Below are positions 38,801-49,250 of a DNA stretch of 64,000 bases, piece by piece; position 1 is the stretch's first letter; each line of letters begins with the position of its first letter. Location of the stretch: positions 159,402,001 to 159,466,000 of the forward strand of contig OX597814.1 of the NCBI GenBank assembly GCA_951406725.2, in the 5' to 3' direction. Position numbers and translations under genes: made by a program. The DNA comes from Octopus vulgaris. Lineage: Eukaryota. Below the pieces are notes generated by a model. It made no database searches and was not told the DNA's origin. It was given only the letters and a program-made list of their open reading frames with translations.

Positions 38801-39045
38801 TGATACCCTTCCCTGCTACCACCGTTCTTCCAGTCCTTCCAAGCCTGTTTCTTTTGTCTAATAGCCCTGTCAACAATATTGTTCCACCACCACGTTATTT
38901 TGGGTCTTGAGGGGACTTTGCACCAACCACAGATGTGGTCAGTGGCTCTCAGCAGTTTGTCCCTTAGAAACCTCCAGTTATTTTCTACCCCATGTGAAGC
39001 TATATCCCCTTCTATTTCGTCAAAGATATCCCCTTCTATTTCGTC
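35822..39045 (-). mobile_element. 5'-truncated RTE-clade LINE, split by a nested opposite-strand RTE copy
   Basis: Endonuclease-distal region and RT (KAPGPS, KGKGD..NYRGIKLL, QFGFVPGKSTTDAIF, GVHQGSVLSP, LLYADD), Cys-rich motif CRKG.GRNSIRCTKCKLWTHKRCS, and (CAT)n tail at 35822. Confidence 0.92.
37447..38207 (+). mobile_element. Nested RTE LINE 3' fragment
   Basis: VSVHARQSVSTLREMLDIRSIRCGVQEQRLRWYGHV...[11 protein letters not shown], then 3'UTR and (GAT)n tail. Confidence 0.9.
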
Positions 39046-39116
39046 ACACACACACACATATATATCTACATCCATTCATATATATATATATATATATAAA
39101 TACATCCATATATATA

Positions 39117-41175
39117 TCATCATCGTTTAACGTCCGCTTTCCATGCTAGCACAGATTGGACGATTTGACTGAGGTCTGGCAAACCAGTTGGCTGCACCAG
39201 ACTCCAATCTGATCCGGCAGAGTTTCTACAGCTGGATGCCCTTCCTAACGCCAACCACACTGAGAGGGTAGTGGGTGCTTTTGTGTGCCACTGGCACGAT
39301 TGCCAGTTAGGTGGTACTGGCAATGGCCACACTCAAATAGTGCTTTCTATGTGCCACCTGCACAGGAGCCAGCCCAGCGGCACTGGCAACGACCTCGCTT
39401 GAATGTTTTTTTTTCACATGCCTCCAACACAAGTGCTAGTAAGGTGATGCAGGTAACGATCATGCTTGAATGGTGTTTTTAACATGCTATCGGCACGGAG
39501 GCCAGCTTGTTACTCTGGCAATGATCTCACTTGTGTGATTCTCTTAACATGGATGCCAGTCATCGAATTTGATTTCAATTTCACTTGCCTCAACAGGTCT
39601 TTGCAAGCAGCGCTTAGTGTCCAATGAAGGAAAGGCACGTATAAGTGCACTGGTTACACCCCTGGCATAAGCCGCAAGGTTATGGTCTCACTTGCACTTG
39701 CCAAGTCTTCTCAAGCACAGCATATTTTCAGAGGTCCTGGTCACTAGTCATTGCCTTGGTGAGGCCCAATGTTTGAAGGTCATGCTTCACCACCTCATCC
39801 CATGTCTTCCTGGGTCCACCTCTTCCACAGGTTCCCTCATCTACAAGGGTGTGGCACTTTTTCATGCAGCTATCCTCAACCATTCTCGCCACATGACCAT
39901 ACCAGCACAGACGTCTCTCTTGCACACCACATCTGATGCTTCTTAGGTACAACCTTTCTCTCAAGGCACTAACACTCTGTCGAGCATGCACTCCACTGTC
40001 ACAAAATGTATAGATCCCGATAATATGAAAAACAAACGCAAGTACGCAGTTAGAAATTTGGAAGCAGGAATGTCTGCAAAAGTGAAAGCATCACATTTTG
40101 TTTTCCTGTTTTATCATAGTATAGAGTTTCTTTTGAGGAATAACACATTACACATCCATTGGAGCATGCTGGCTTCATTCCTTGCTAGCTTACACATGCC
40201 CTCAGCAATCACGGCCCATGTTTCACTGCCATGTGACATGGCTGTTCATACACATGTGTCGTACAGTCTAACTTTTACTCTGAGCGAGAATTTGTCACCA
40301 GCAGAGGTAAGAGCTCTGTGAACTTTGCCCAGGCTATTCTTATTCTAGCAGTTACACTTGCAGCAGACCCACCCCCGCTACTGACTTGGTCACCTAGGTA
40401 ACGGAAGCTATCAACTACTAGTTTTTCTCCCTGGAATGTGGCAGAAGTTGGTCTCTGCGCATTTTCAGTGTTTATTGCTCCTGAGCATATGCCACCTACA
40501 AAAACTATTTTCCTAGTTAGCCTTCCTTTGACATTGCTGCACCTCTTATGTGTCCATCGCTTACATTTGGTGCATCTTATAGAGTTTCTACCTACGCCTT
40601 TTCTACAGATCAAGCAGAGCCATCTACCTGAAGGGATTTGTGGTTTGCTTGCCTTCCTACTTATTAGGACTTTGGTTTTAGCTAGGTTGACTCTAAGGCC
40701 CTTCGATTCTAATCCTTGTTTTCATACTTGAAACTTCTCCTCTAGTTCTGATAGTGACTCAGCAATTAGAACAAGGTCGTCAGCATAGAGGAGCTCCCAA
40801 GGGCATCCTGTCTTGAATTCCTCCGTTATTGCCTGGAGAACTATAATAAATAGGAGGGGGCTGAGGACTGAACCTTGGTGGACCCCTAACTTTATCCTGA
40901 ATTCTTTACTGTACTCGTTGCTAACCCTCACCTTACTAACAGTGTCCTTGTACATGGCTTGCATGGCTCTCACTAACCATTCATCTATCCCTAGTTTCCT
41001 CATTGACCACTAGATAAGGGATTGGGGGACCCTGTCAAAGGCTTTCTCCATGTCAACGAAAGCCAGGTACAGGGGCTTATCTTTGGCTAGGTATTTCTCC
41101 TGCAGCTGTCTTACCAGAAATATAGCATCAGTGGTGCTTTTCCCTGGCACGAACCCAAACTGCATCGCATCCAAG
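39117..41175 (-). mobile_element. Second 5'-truncated RTE LINE, carrying a 156-bp foreign insert
   Basis: Same RT motifs (GVHQGSVLSPLLF, ELLYADDLVL) and tail; interrupted at 39989-40144. Confidence 0.92.
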
Positions 41176-41724
41176 CTGATAAATATTCATATAGATCCGT
41201 GCAAATCCATATTTTGCAAATTAAATATATCTAAACTAAAACGTATGCCTTGACATACGATGGGCAGTCAAGGAAATGTAGTTAAGAAATCTTTTTGTAA
41301 CGACTTGTTTTAGGAGTTTATCCCACACTGCAGCACCTTGACTTAGTGTTTTTTTTTGCCTTAATCTTGGCTCTAAATCCTTGGAAGCAATATTTGGGCA
41401 ATAGCTCCTCCAACAGGCTTCCATTCAGTTCCTTTTCTTGGGTGGTAGATTTTATCCTAACCACCAGACTCTTGAGTGGCTTTAGAATAGTCTGTTGCAA
41501 CCATTTGGCCTAAGTCTCCAGCTTGAAGACAACTTCCTATCAACTGCATCACTTTTGAAGGCTGTGGAAGGATTCGTGGACCCTGCTTTTTATCTTCTGA
41601 CTAAATGATGTGAAAAACTAACAAAAAGGGAAAACAAAACAAGCTTGCGCACGCACATACACAAACACACAGCTGCATATGCAAAAGTAGAGAGGAAATT
41701 AAAGATTCTATCACTAAATGCAAT

Positions 41725-41859
41725 GTTCGAATACGCTAAAAACACGTTCGGACTTGCAAATAAGCCATTCGCCGTGTCTACAACGAGAAATTTTCTCCAT
41801 GACAAAACACGGTGAATGGCTTGTTTACAAGTCTGAACGTGCTTTTTGCATGTTCGAAC
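41725..41859. repeat. 135-bp imperfect inverted repeat
   Basis: gttcgaatacgctaaaaacacgttcggacttgcaaataagccattcgccgtgt versus acacggtgaatggcttgtttacaagtctgaacgtgctttttgcatgttcgaac. Confidence 0.9.
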
Positions 41860-42299
41860 TGATATTAATATGGCATTTTTACCCATCACTGTTTAGCATA
41901 CCTACCCCATAATTTATCACTATAACATAAAATGCAACTTTTTTTTTTATCTAAATAATAGGTTTACTGTTTAAAAGTTGTACAAGAGCCACTTTATAAA
42001 TAGAAATCTGGAATACAGCATTTATAAAAGAGATAGATAAAAACAACTCAAAGTATTTAAGAAATCTGGGTTTATTAACAGTACAGTCTTGTATTTTTAT
42101 TATAGGCGTGGTTTTAAATATAGTCAGCAGCTATAACTTTTCCTTAGTTTTACATGTTGTTTAGAAGTACGAAGAAACGTATTTACATTCCTTTTTTTTT
42201 TCTAGGGATATTTTGAATATAATTATCTAATGTGTGTCCTTCCCTTTTTAAAAGACAGCTGCTTGTATGAATGTTTAACTGCTGTTTCTAGCAGAGAAG

Positions 42300-43300
42300 T
42301 GGCCACATAGAGGTTTCCTCGTTGACTCGCGGTTTATTGGTTACATGTAAGGGTAATAACCAATAAAAAGTCACTTACGCATATAAAGTTTTGACATGTT
42401 ATACATCTAATTTTCTTTAGTTTCATATTATCGATATTTAGGGGAATTTTGTTTCAACTATGCATAATTTATAGCTGAATAAAGCACGACGACCGAGCTA
42501 AATTCATAGCCAAGCAGCTATCATCTACTCACCTTTCTAGGCGTTTCATTTCACAACTGTCATATAACAAACTATATATTTACATAATAAATTACTCAGA
42601 GGTACTTTCACAGTTTAGAGACAACCGGTAACACTATATACAAACTAGTGTGGACATTACTTACGTTTCAGATAACGATACGAAATTTGTAACTAATTCA
42701 AAAGATTTTTTTTTTTTAATTGACAAATTTTACTTTTTTAAAAAGAACGCTTCTTCAACAAAATGTGAAAAAGTAAGTTACTTATTGTTCTGAGATAATT
42801 TGTTTTGAAATTACTTTTTTCTTTCTAATAATTATGTGTATGATGTTAATTTTTTTTTTCCTTTTTTGCATGACCTTATACACATCTCATAATGGCTATT
42901 CTACTTTTAAAAAATCCTTATAATTTTATGTCGTCAATTATAATTCCATTTGCACCTCGAATTATGATTATATATATTGTCAAACTTAATTGTGCGCTTT
43001 CAGTTCACTGCTCACTTCGAAAACCCCAGTTGCGATGTCTCTGTAGTCGTAGTCCAGTGTAGCTCACTGGTCTTTTAATTGCATAGTGTCTAGTTGCCAG
43101 GTTATACGCTGCATTGAGTGTTCTGTTGCGGGGAGTTGTGTGTTGTTAGGAACGCTATTGAGCTTATGATTAAAGTATGAACTTTTTTTTCCCTTCTTTT
43201 ACTTTAATATTCATTGTGCTTTTTAACACACTGCTTATCATAGGGGAAACAGGTACACCGCCCTCAGGGTCTATGGGCTGTGAGGATTAATTACGGAGTG
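42300..43300 (+). promoter_or_regulatory. Putative promoter / non-coding first exon region of a downstream gene
   Basis: Non-repetitive and visibly CpG-retaining relative to the XAB2 introns; Inr-like TCATTT (42546) and TCAGTT (43000); strong donor AA|gtaagtt at 42773 followed by a T-rich tract. Confidence 0.4.
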
Positions 43301-44333
43301 ATCGAATTGCCATGTTTGATAAAATTAAAATGGGTTTTCAACTTTTTATACTTGTCCAACGCCTGACAAAGAAGGAAAAAAATTCGAATGCAAACTATTT
43401 TGCTTTCTCGTTAAAACGTGTGGGTGTATTGGCATAAAAATTTCGTTTTTCTCTTTTTGGTGGGGGTGATTTGTCAGTTTGAGAGTCACCTCTTTAACAC
43501 CTGCACATGGTACTTAATAACTTGAGTGAAGTTTACTCTGACCTAAGCATTAAGATTCGGTTCTCCGGATTCATATTTGGGAGGGGATAGTGTTGGTTAT
43601 ATCAACCCCCAACATTTGTTCTTTATATTATAAATCCCATGGGTATTTTTCATTCGGGCAATAATGAGGACGTAAGTAATCGACACTAGGCGTTCGGTGT
43701 TCTAATGAGTCTCTCATCTACTGACCCTAATTTTTTTTTTCTAATATAAGCACAAGGTGTGTAATTATTTCCTAACATCGACACACGGCCTGAAATTTGG
43801 GAGAGGTTGGGGGATAGTCGATTATATTGATACCAGTACTTTATTCTCTAAGGGATGAAAGACAAAATTAATTTGAACTTCGAATATAAAGAGTCTAGAT
43901 AAACACCACAAAGCATTTTATCCGATGTTCTCACGAATCTGTCACTCCACTGTCACAAAATGTATAGATCCCGATAATATGAAAAGCAAACGCAAGTACG
44001 CAGTTAGAAATTTGGAAGCAGGAATGTCTGCAAAAGTGAAAGCATCACATTTTGTTTTCCTGTTTTATCATAGTATAGAGTTTCTTTTGAGGAATAACTT
44101 ATTTTTAGCTTTCAGTTCAGTAACGTGTTGTTATTCTCTGTTGGGAGAACACATAATATTTACTTCGGCATTCCTGGCCCTGTTCTCAAGTAAGATCTGC
44201 AAGGATGTTTATACAGTGAACATCAGAAACCGTATACAAAAATTAAACCTTTAACTGGAGAATATTGAGAATTATCAGCGGGGACTTTCTTAAAATCGAC
44301 ATAAATTGAGCCTTAAACTATTTTTAAAATTTG

Positions 44334-44377
<44 letters not shown>

Positions 44378-44510
44378 TATATAACGTTAGGAAGGGCATC
44401 CAGTTGTAGAAACACTGCCAGATCAGACTGGAGCCTGATGCAGCCTTCTGGCTTCCCAGATCCCTGGTCGAACCGTCCAACCCATGCTAGCATGGAGAAC
44501 GGACGTTAAA

Positions 44511-44874
44511 GGAGTGGCTGTGTGGTAAGTAGTTTGCTTACGAACCACATGGTTCCGGGTTCAGTCCCACTGCATGCCACCTTGGGCAAGTGTCTTCTAC
44601 TATAGCCTCGGGCCGACCAAAGCCTTGTGAGTGGATTTGGTAGACTGACACTGAAAGAAGCCCGTCGTATATATGTGTGTGTCTGTGTTTGTCCCCCCAC
44701 CATCGCTTGGTAACTGATGCTGGTGTGTTTACGTACCTGTAACTTTGCAGTTTGGCAAAAGGGACCGATAGAATAAGTACTAGGCTTACAAAGAATAAGC
44801 CCTGGGGTCAATTTGCTTGACTAAATGTGGTGCTCCAGCATAGCTACAGTCAAATGACTGAAACAAGTAAAAGA
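44511..44874 (+). mobile_element. Near full-length tRNA-derived SINE (other copies at ~52983-53585 minus and 56818-57190)
   Basis: A box gtggctgtgtggtaag, B box gggttcagtccc, body caccttgggcaagtgtcttctactatagcc, tail gactgaaacaagtaaaaga. Confidence 0.85.
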
Positions 44875-45073
44875 GTTATAGATAAATAAATTTACATGTC
44901 TGCATTAATGCACAGTGCTAAAAAGCCTTCAAAATAATGTAGAATTTAAGCTACATCCATTAGATTCCGATGAGCCATCTATAAGGCTAAGCGCTTTATA
45001 GATGTGAAACCATTGGTTACTCAATCACTGGCCATATAATTAATTTCCTATAAAAAAAAAATACACACATATA

Positions 45074-45976
45074 CAAGGTGGTATCAAAAGGTTTCCGGAC
45101 TAGTTATGGTTAATAAAAAATAACTCATTTTCCTAAGTTTTAACATCATCTACTTTGAAATAGTCACCTTGTGCAGCAGTACACTGGTCCCAGCGTTCCT
45201 GTCACTTTTGGAATCTGGCCTGGAAGTTGTTTTCCATAAGTGAATCGAGGACCTTTTGCAATTCACTCTTGATCTCAACAATGGTGTTAAAAAATAGCAA
45301 CCTTTGAGCAGTATCTTGGGAAAGAGATGGAAGTCTGCAGGTTCTAAATCTGGCAAATAGAGCAGGGGCAGAAGTGATACCATGTTGCTTTTGATGAGAA
45401 TGTCACAAGTGAGGAGAGCCCAGTGACAAGGTGAAGAATCCAATTCTTTGCACTCCACAGATCTAGTCACTTTCACCGAATGTTCTCCTTCGAATTCTTC
45501 AAAATGTCACAGTAGAACTCTCAATTGATGGTCTAGTCCTGAAGGTCGAATTTTCGATGCACAATACTATATTTCTAGGGGTGATGCTCATGGAAGGTCT
45601 TTGAGGTTGCTCATTGTTTTCCATGGACGTTCTTCTGCCTTTGACGCACCCGTGCCACTCAAAACATTGCATACAACTCATTGCCTTGTCACCATAAGCT
45701 TGCTGAAGTGTGGTTAATGTCTCTGCAGGAGACTTCCCAAATTTAATGCAAAATTTCACATTGGCTCTTTGTTCCTGTGCATGACAAAATCACAGACTAC
45801 AGCATACATGTGATCACAAAAATACAAATTTCACAACTTGCTAAGTAAACACAGTGATGTCACTATGCACACTACCTCAGGAAGGTCATTGGTAGCTCTC
45901 ACTGTGTACAGAACTATATTCTGCCATCTGTTGGTGCACTACATAACTAGTCCAAGAACGTTTTGATACCTCCTCA
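45074..45976 (-). mobile_element. Internally deleted mariner transposon
   Basis: TIRs aaggtggtatcaaaaggtttccggactagttatg / cataactagtccaagaacgttttgatacctcct; MKFCIKFGKSPAETL...YGDKAMS..QCFEWH and YLPDLEPADFHLFPK. Confidence 0.9.
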
Positions 45977-46266
45977 TATATATATATAGCTATACACGCA
46001 CAAGCACACACACACATATATATGTATAAATTTAAGTCGGACTATATGGATTCAATTAATTCAGAGATACTCAAAAAAAAGCTCCTTAATGTATCATTTT
46101 ACAAAACATAGAATATTTATTATTTATTCATAGTTTATTAAGCTGTGAAACAATTGATGTTAAGTATGAATATCTAATGGTAAAATGAATTTTATCATAG
46201 TATATTTCTCTGTTTATAATTTTATATTTATATACATATAAACAAATAGCAACAGATTGCTTGTGG

Positions 46267-46350
46267 TTCACTACAGCTGTTTCTGATGTGTTTTTTATTG
46301 ATGAATAGAAGTGTTACATCATGTACAAGAAACTGTTTTCATCAGTTGAA
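46267..46350 (-). ncRNA. Type I hammerhead-like motif (left arm of palindrome)
   Basis: Reverse complement: ttcaa CTGATGA [~55 nt] GAAA CAGCTGT A gtgaa; stem III is the perfect palindrome ACAGCUGU, with a GUA cleavage triplet. Confidence 0.55.
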
Positions 46351-46387
46351 TACATGTAAGAATCAAAATTGGCACTTTGTACATGTA

Positions 46388-46472
46388 TTCACCTGATGAA
46401 AACAGTTTCTTTGGGGTTGTAACACTTCTGTTCATCAATAAAAAAAAACATGTCTGAAACAGGTGTAGTGAA
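46388..46472 (+). ncRNA. Type I hammerhead-like motif (right arm of palindrome)
   Basis: TTCAC CTGATGA aaacagtttcttt...aaaaaaacatgtct GAAA CAGGTGT A GTGAA; stem I TTCAC/GTGAA is perfect. Confidence 0.6.
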
Positions 46473-47773
46473 CCAGCTTATCATTCATCTAATTCAGAAC
46501 CTGTGAGTTGCTTATCATTCGCCAAACTCAGAACTTCCGATTTACTTGGATCTGGAGTCTATTGAGTGTAGTACAATAGGTGCAGTGTTTATACTTCTGT
46601 GACCTTGAAGACTCGTATATTCAGTTGACCATTTGTGATTGTATACTCAGCCTGAGTATAAATCCATCTTTACTTTAGTAAGTGTGTATTTGTCTTCAAA
46701 TATTGTTTGTACACAATAGCAGTATCACAAACCTGATCTTGGTGCTTTACTATTTAAGGATCTAATTCACTTGAATCCTGAAATTTTTTATATATACATG
46801 TGTGTCTGTGCATGTGTATACACAAACACACATATGTATATTTGTATGTATGTATGTATGTGTGTATGTATGCATGTGTGTGTGTGTAATACATCAAAAT
46901 ATAGCAGTGGATATACATCATATATATATTTGTTTCTAGGCCTGAAATTATGGGGGTAGGGGTCAGTCAATAAGATTGACCCTAGTACGAAACTGGTACT
47001 TTATCAACCTCCGAAAGGATGAAAGGCAAAGTCGGCCTCGGCTGAATTTGTATTCAGAATGTAAAGGCAGACGAAATGATATAAAGTTAGAGATCTCAAT
47101 ACAATTAAGTAGAAACCAAATATTTCGTCCATGCCATAAAAACAGTTAAATCCTGAAACTAACTAGGTTCTATCTTTACAAAGAAGTATTAGACAATCGA
47201 TAAACATGTGTATACAACAAGATCATAGATTCTATGAAGTTCTTCACTTTAAAAAAAATATCTACTTTGAAGGGGATCCTACTTTTTAACACACAAATAG
47301 ATGTAATTGGTGTCTCTATAGCATTCTTATTACAGAAAAATGTTTTATCTTTGAATATTCTTGAATATAGAATTCAAAATACTTTTTTTTAAATGTTTAT
47401 CTCTGAACATCCTAGATATTAGAAGTATTTAAAAATATATCCTACTTGAAGGAAATTCAGCTTTATTATAATACTAGCAAATGTCAACTGTATAGTTGAT
47501 ATTTCAAGTTTCAACTGTATAGTTGATTCATAGTTTAGAAAAATGTTGGCTAGATCATTATTTTTGGACATCCTAAATTAGCATTATAAATAAATGAATT
47601 TTTATCAACATATAATGTGTGTAAATTATCTCAAGACTTCATACATAAGCAAAGAACTCTATTTTGGTGGGAGAGAGATGTATGTGTAAATAGGAAATAC
47701 AACTGGTGAGTTGTTACATTTAATTTATTTAATTACATCATGTTACATGTGTTCTGGTGAAGTTTAAGACTAG

Positions 47774-47990
47774 ATTATACAATCTAGTCAAGGTAAGATT
47801 TCTAAGCCTTCAATTCATCAGAGATTCATACTGAATGGGGATACTGGCCAGCTTTTCTTTATATAAGAGGAAGATAAGGATTCTTTATCTCTTGTATAAA
47901 GAAAAATTGGTATTGTTTAGTAAAGCCATTCAATACAAATCTCTAATGAAATGAAGACTTCGAAAACTTACCTGGCCTCGATTGTATAAT
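47774..47990. repeat. ~217-bp degenerate inverted repeat
   Basis: attatacaatctagtcaaggtaagatttctaagccttcaattcatcagagatt... mirrored by ...aatctctaatgaaatgaagacttcgaaaacttacctggcctcgattgtataat. Confidence 0.85.
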
Positions 47991-48024
47991 TCAGCCAACC
48001 TGTTGAGTCAGGTGAAGTCATTGT

Positions 48025-48450
48025 TGTGGCCGATGACAGTACTGCCTGACTGGCACCCATGCTGGTGGTACATAGAAAGCACCATTCAAGCATGGTCAAT
48101 GCCAGTGCCAACTGACTAGTCCCGTGTTAGTGGCACATAAAATGCACCATTCGAGCGTGGTCATTGCCAGTGCCACCTGACTGGCTCCCATCCAGTGGCA
48201 TGTAAAAAGCACCATTCAACTATGGTCAATGCCAGTGCTGCCTGACTTGCCCTCATACCAGTGGCACGTAAAAAGCACCCACTACACTCTTGGAGTGGTT
48301 GGCATTAGGAAGGGCATCCAGCTGTAGAAACTTTGCCAGATCAGATTGGAGCCTGGTGCATCCTTCTGGCTTGCCAGCCCTCAGTCAAACCACCCAACCC
48401 ATGCCAGCATGGAAAGCAGACATTAAATGACAACGATGATGATGATGATG
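48025..48450 (+). mobile_element. RTE 3'UTR fragment with four ~62-bp tandem units
   Basis: Repeated tgccagtgc..ctgactggc....gtggcac.taaaaagcaccattc units and (GAT)n tail. Confidence 0.85.
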
Positions 48451-48931
48451 AAACTTGCAGCTTGTGGTTGGAGCATGCAGTGAAATAATCAAATAATTTA
48501 TGAACCTCCTCTCAATTCTGTTTTTGCTCAATGTACTCTGTGATCTTTATAACTATGGAGACCAGAGTCATAATACACAAAGTTCTTTTTGCATTTTTTT
48601 TCCTTTTCTATGTATAAGGAAGCACATGGTAAGCCATTCCTTACTGGATGATAACCTGTCCTTTCAGTGCCTCCTATGAGAACAGAATGACAAATGTAAA
48701 TGATATCAAACTGAACCAAAAGGTTGTTGAAATGGTTTGATCAATTTACACATGATTGGTGGCATGATTAGATTATAAATATTTTTTATATACAGTGTAT
48801 ATGTAAAAATTCAATGTAGTAAGCTTACAATTTATAATGCATACACTGTAGGAAACAAACAAATATAAATAAATCTTATCCAGAATAGCAAAATATATTT
48901 ACATTAGATAATACAGTTCTATAGATAATAC

Positions 48932-49250
48932 AATTCTCTATTTAAGAGATGCGGAATTATGTACATTATTTATATTATTTACATTTGACAGATATTTGTC
49001 CACAGGCATATGGCATAGTGGTTAAGAGCACGGGCTACTAACCCCAAGATTCTGAGTTCAATTCCAAGCAGTGAACTGAACAATAATAATAATAATAACA
49101 ACAACATTGAAAAATACCTTAGGAATGAGACCAGGTTCGAAATTACCCCAAGACACCTGAAGAAGGCTGGAGAGTATATCAGCCGAAACGTTGTGTTAAC
49201 AACAAACAAGATTAGGACAAATAGCCATAGAATGTAAATAATGTATATTT
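48932..49250 (+). mobile_element. tRNA-headed short retroelement with a hammerhead motif, preceded by an inverted copy of its own 3' end
   Basis: 48932-49001 inverted tail; 49005-49075 tRNA-like head (tggcatagtggttaagagc...gagttcaattcc); (AAT)n; then the hammerhead module. Confidence 0.75.
49152..49197 (+). ncRNA. Minimal type I hammerhead ribozyme motif
   Basis: Stem I GACAC/GTGTT; core CTGAAGA plus an extra A; stem II GGCTG/CAGCC; GAAA; palindromic ACGT stem III; GUU triplet at 49190-49192. Confidence 0.7.

Noticed and set aside
38188-39075. 295-aa ORF as a host gene
   Set aside because: Internal fragment of an RTE LINE ORF; its start and stop come from the flanking microsatellite and the nested tail.
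39986-40321. Duplicated small protein gene (with 43925-44254)
   Set aside because: The shared peptide only reflects the 156-bp DNA duplication; no splice signals or recognisable protein.
44511-44585. tRNA gene
   Set aside because: SINE head without a complete cloverleaf; it continues into the SINE body.
47485-47527. Duplicated mini-palindrome tcaactgtatagttga
   Set aside because: Too short to separate from local slippage.
48025-48285. CRISPR-like regularly spaced repeats
   Set aside because: The units are whole tandem duplicates with no unique spacers, lie within a LINE 3'UTR, have no cas genes nearby, and the context is eukaryotic.
48528-48719. Possible minus-strand coding exon
   Set aside because: No recognisable homology and no partner exons found.
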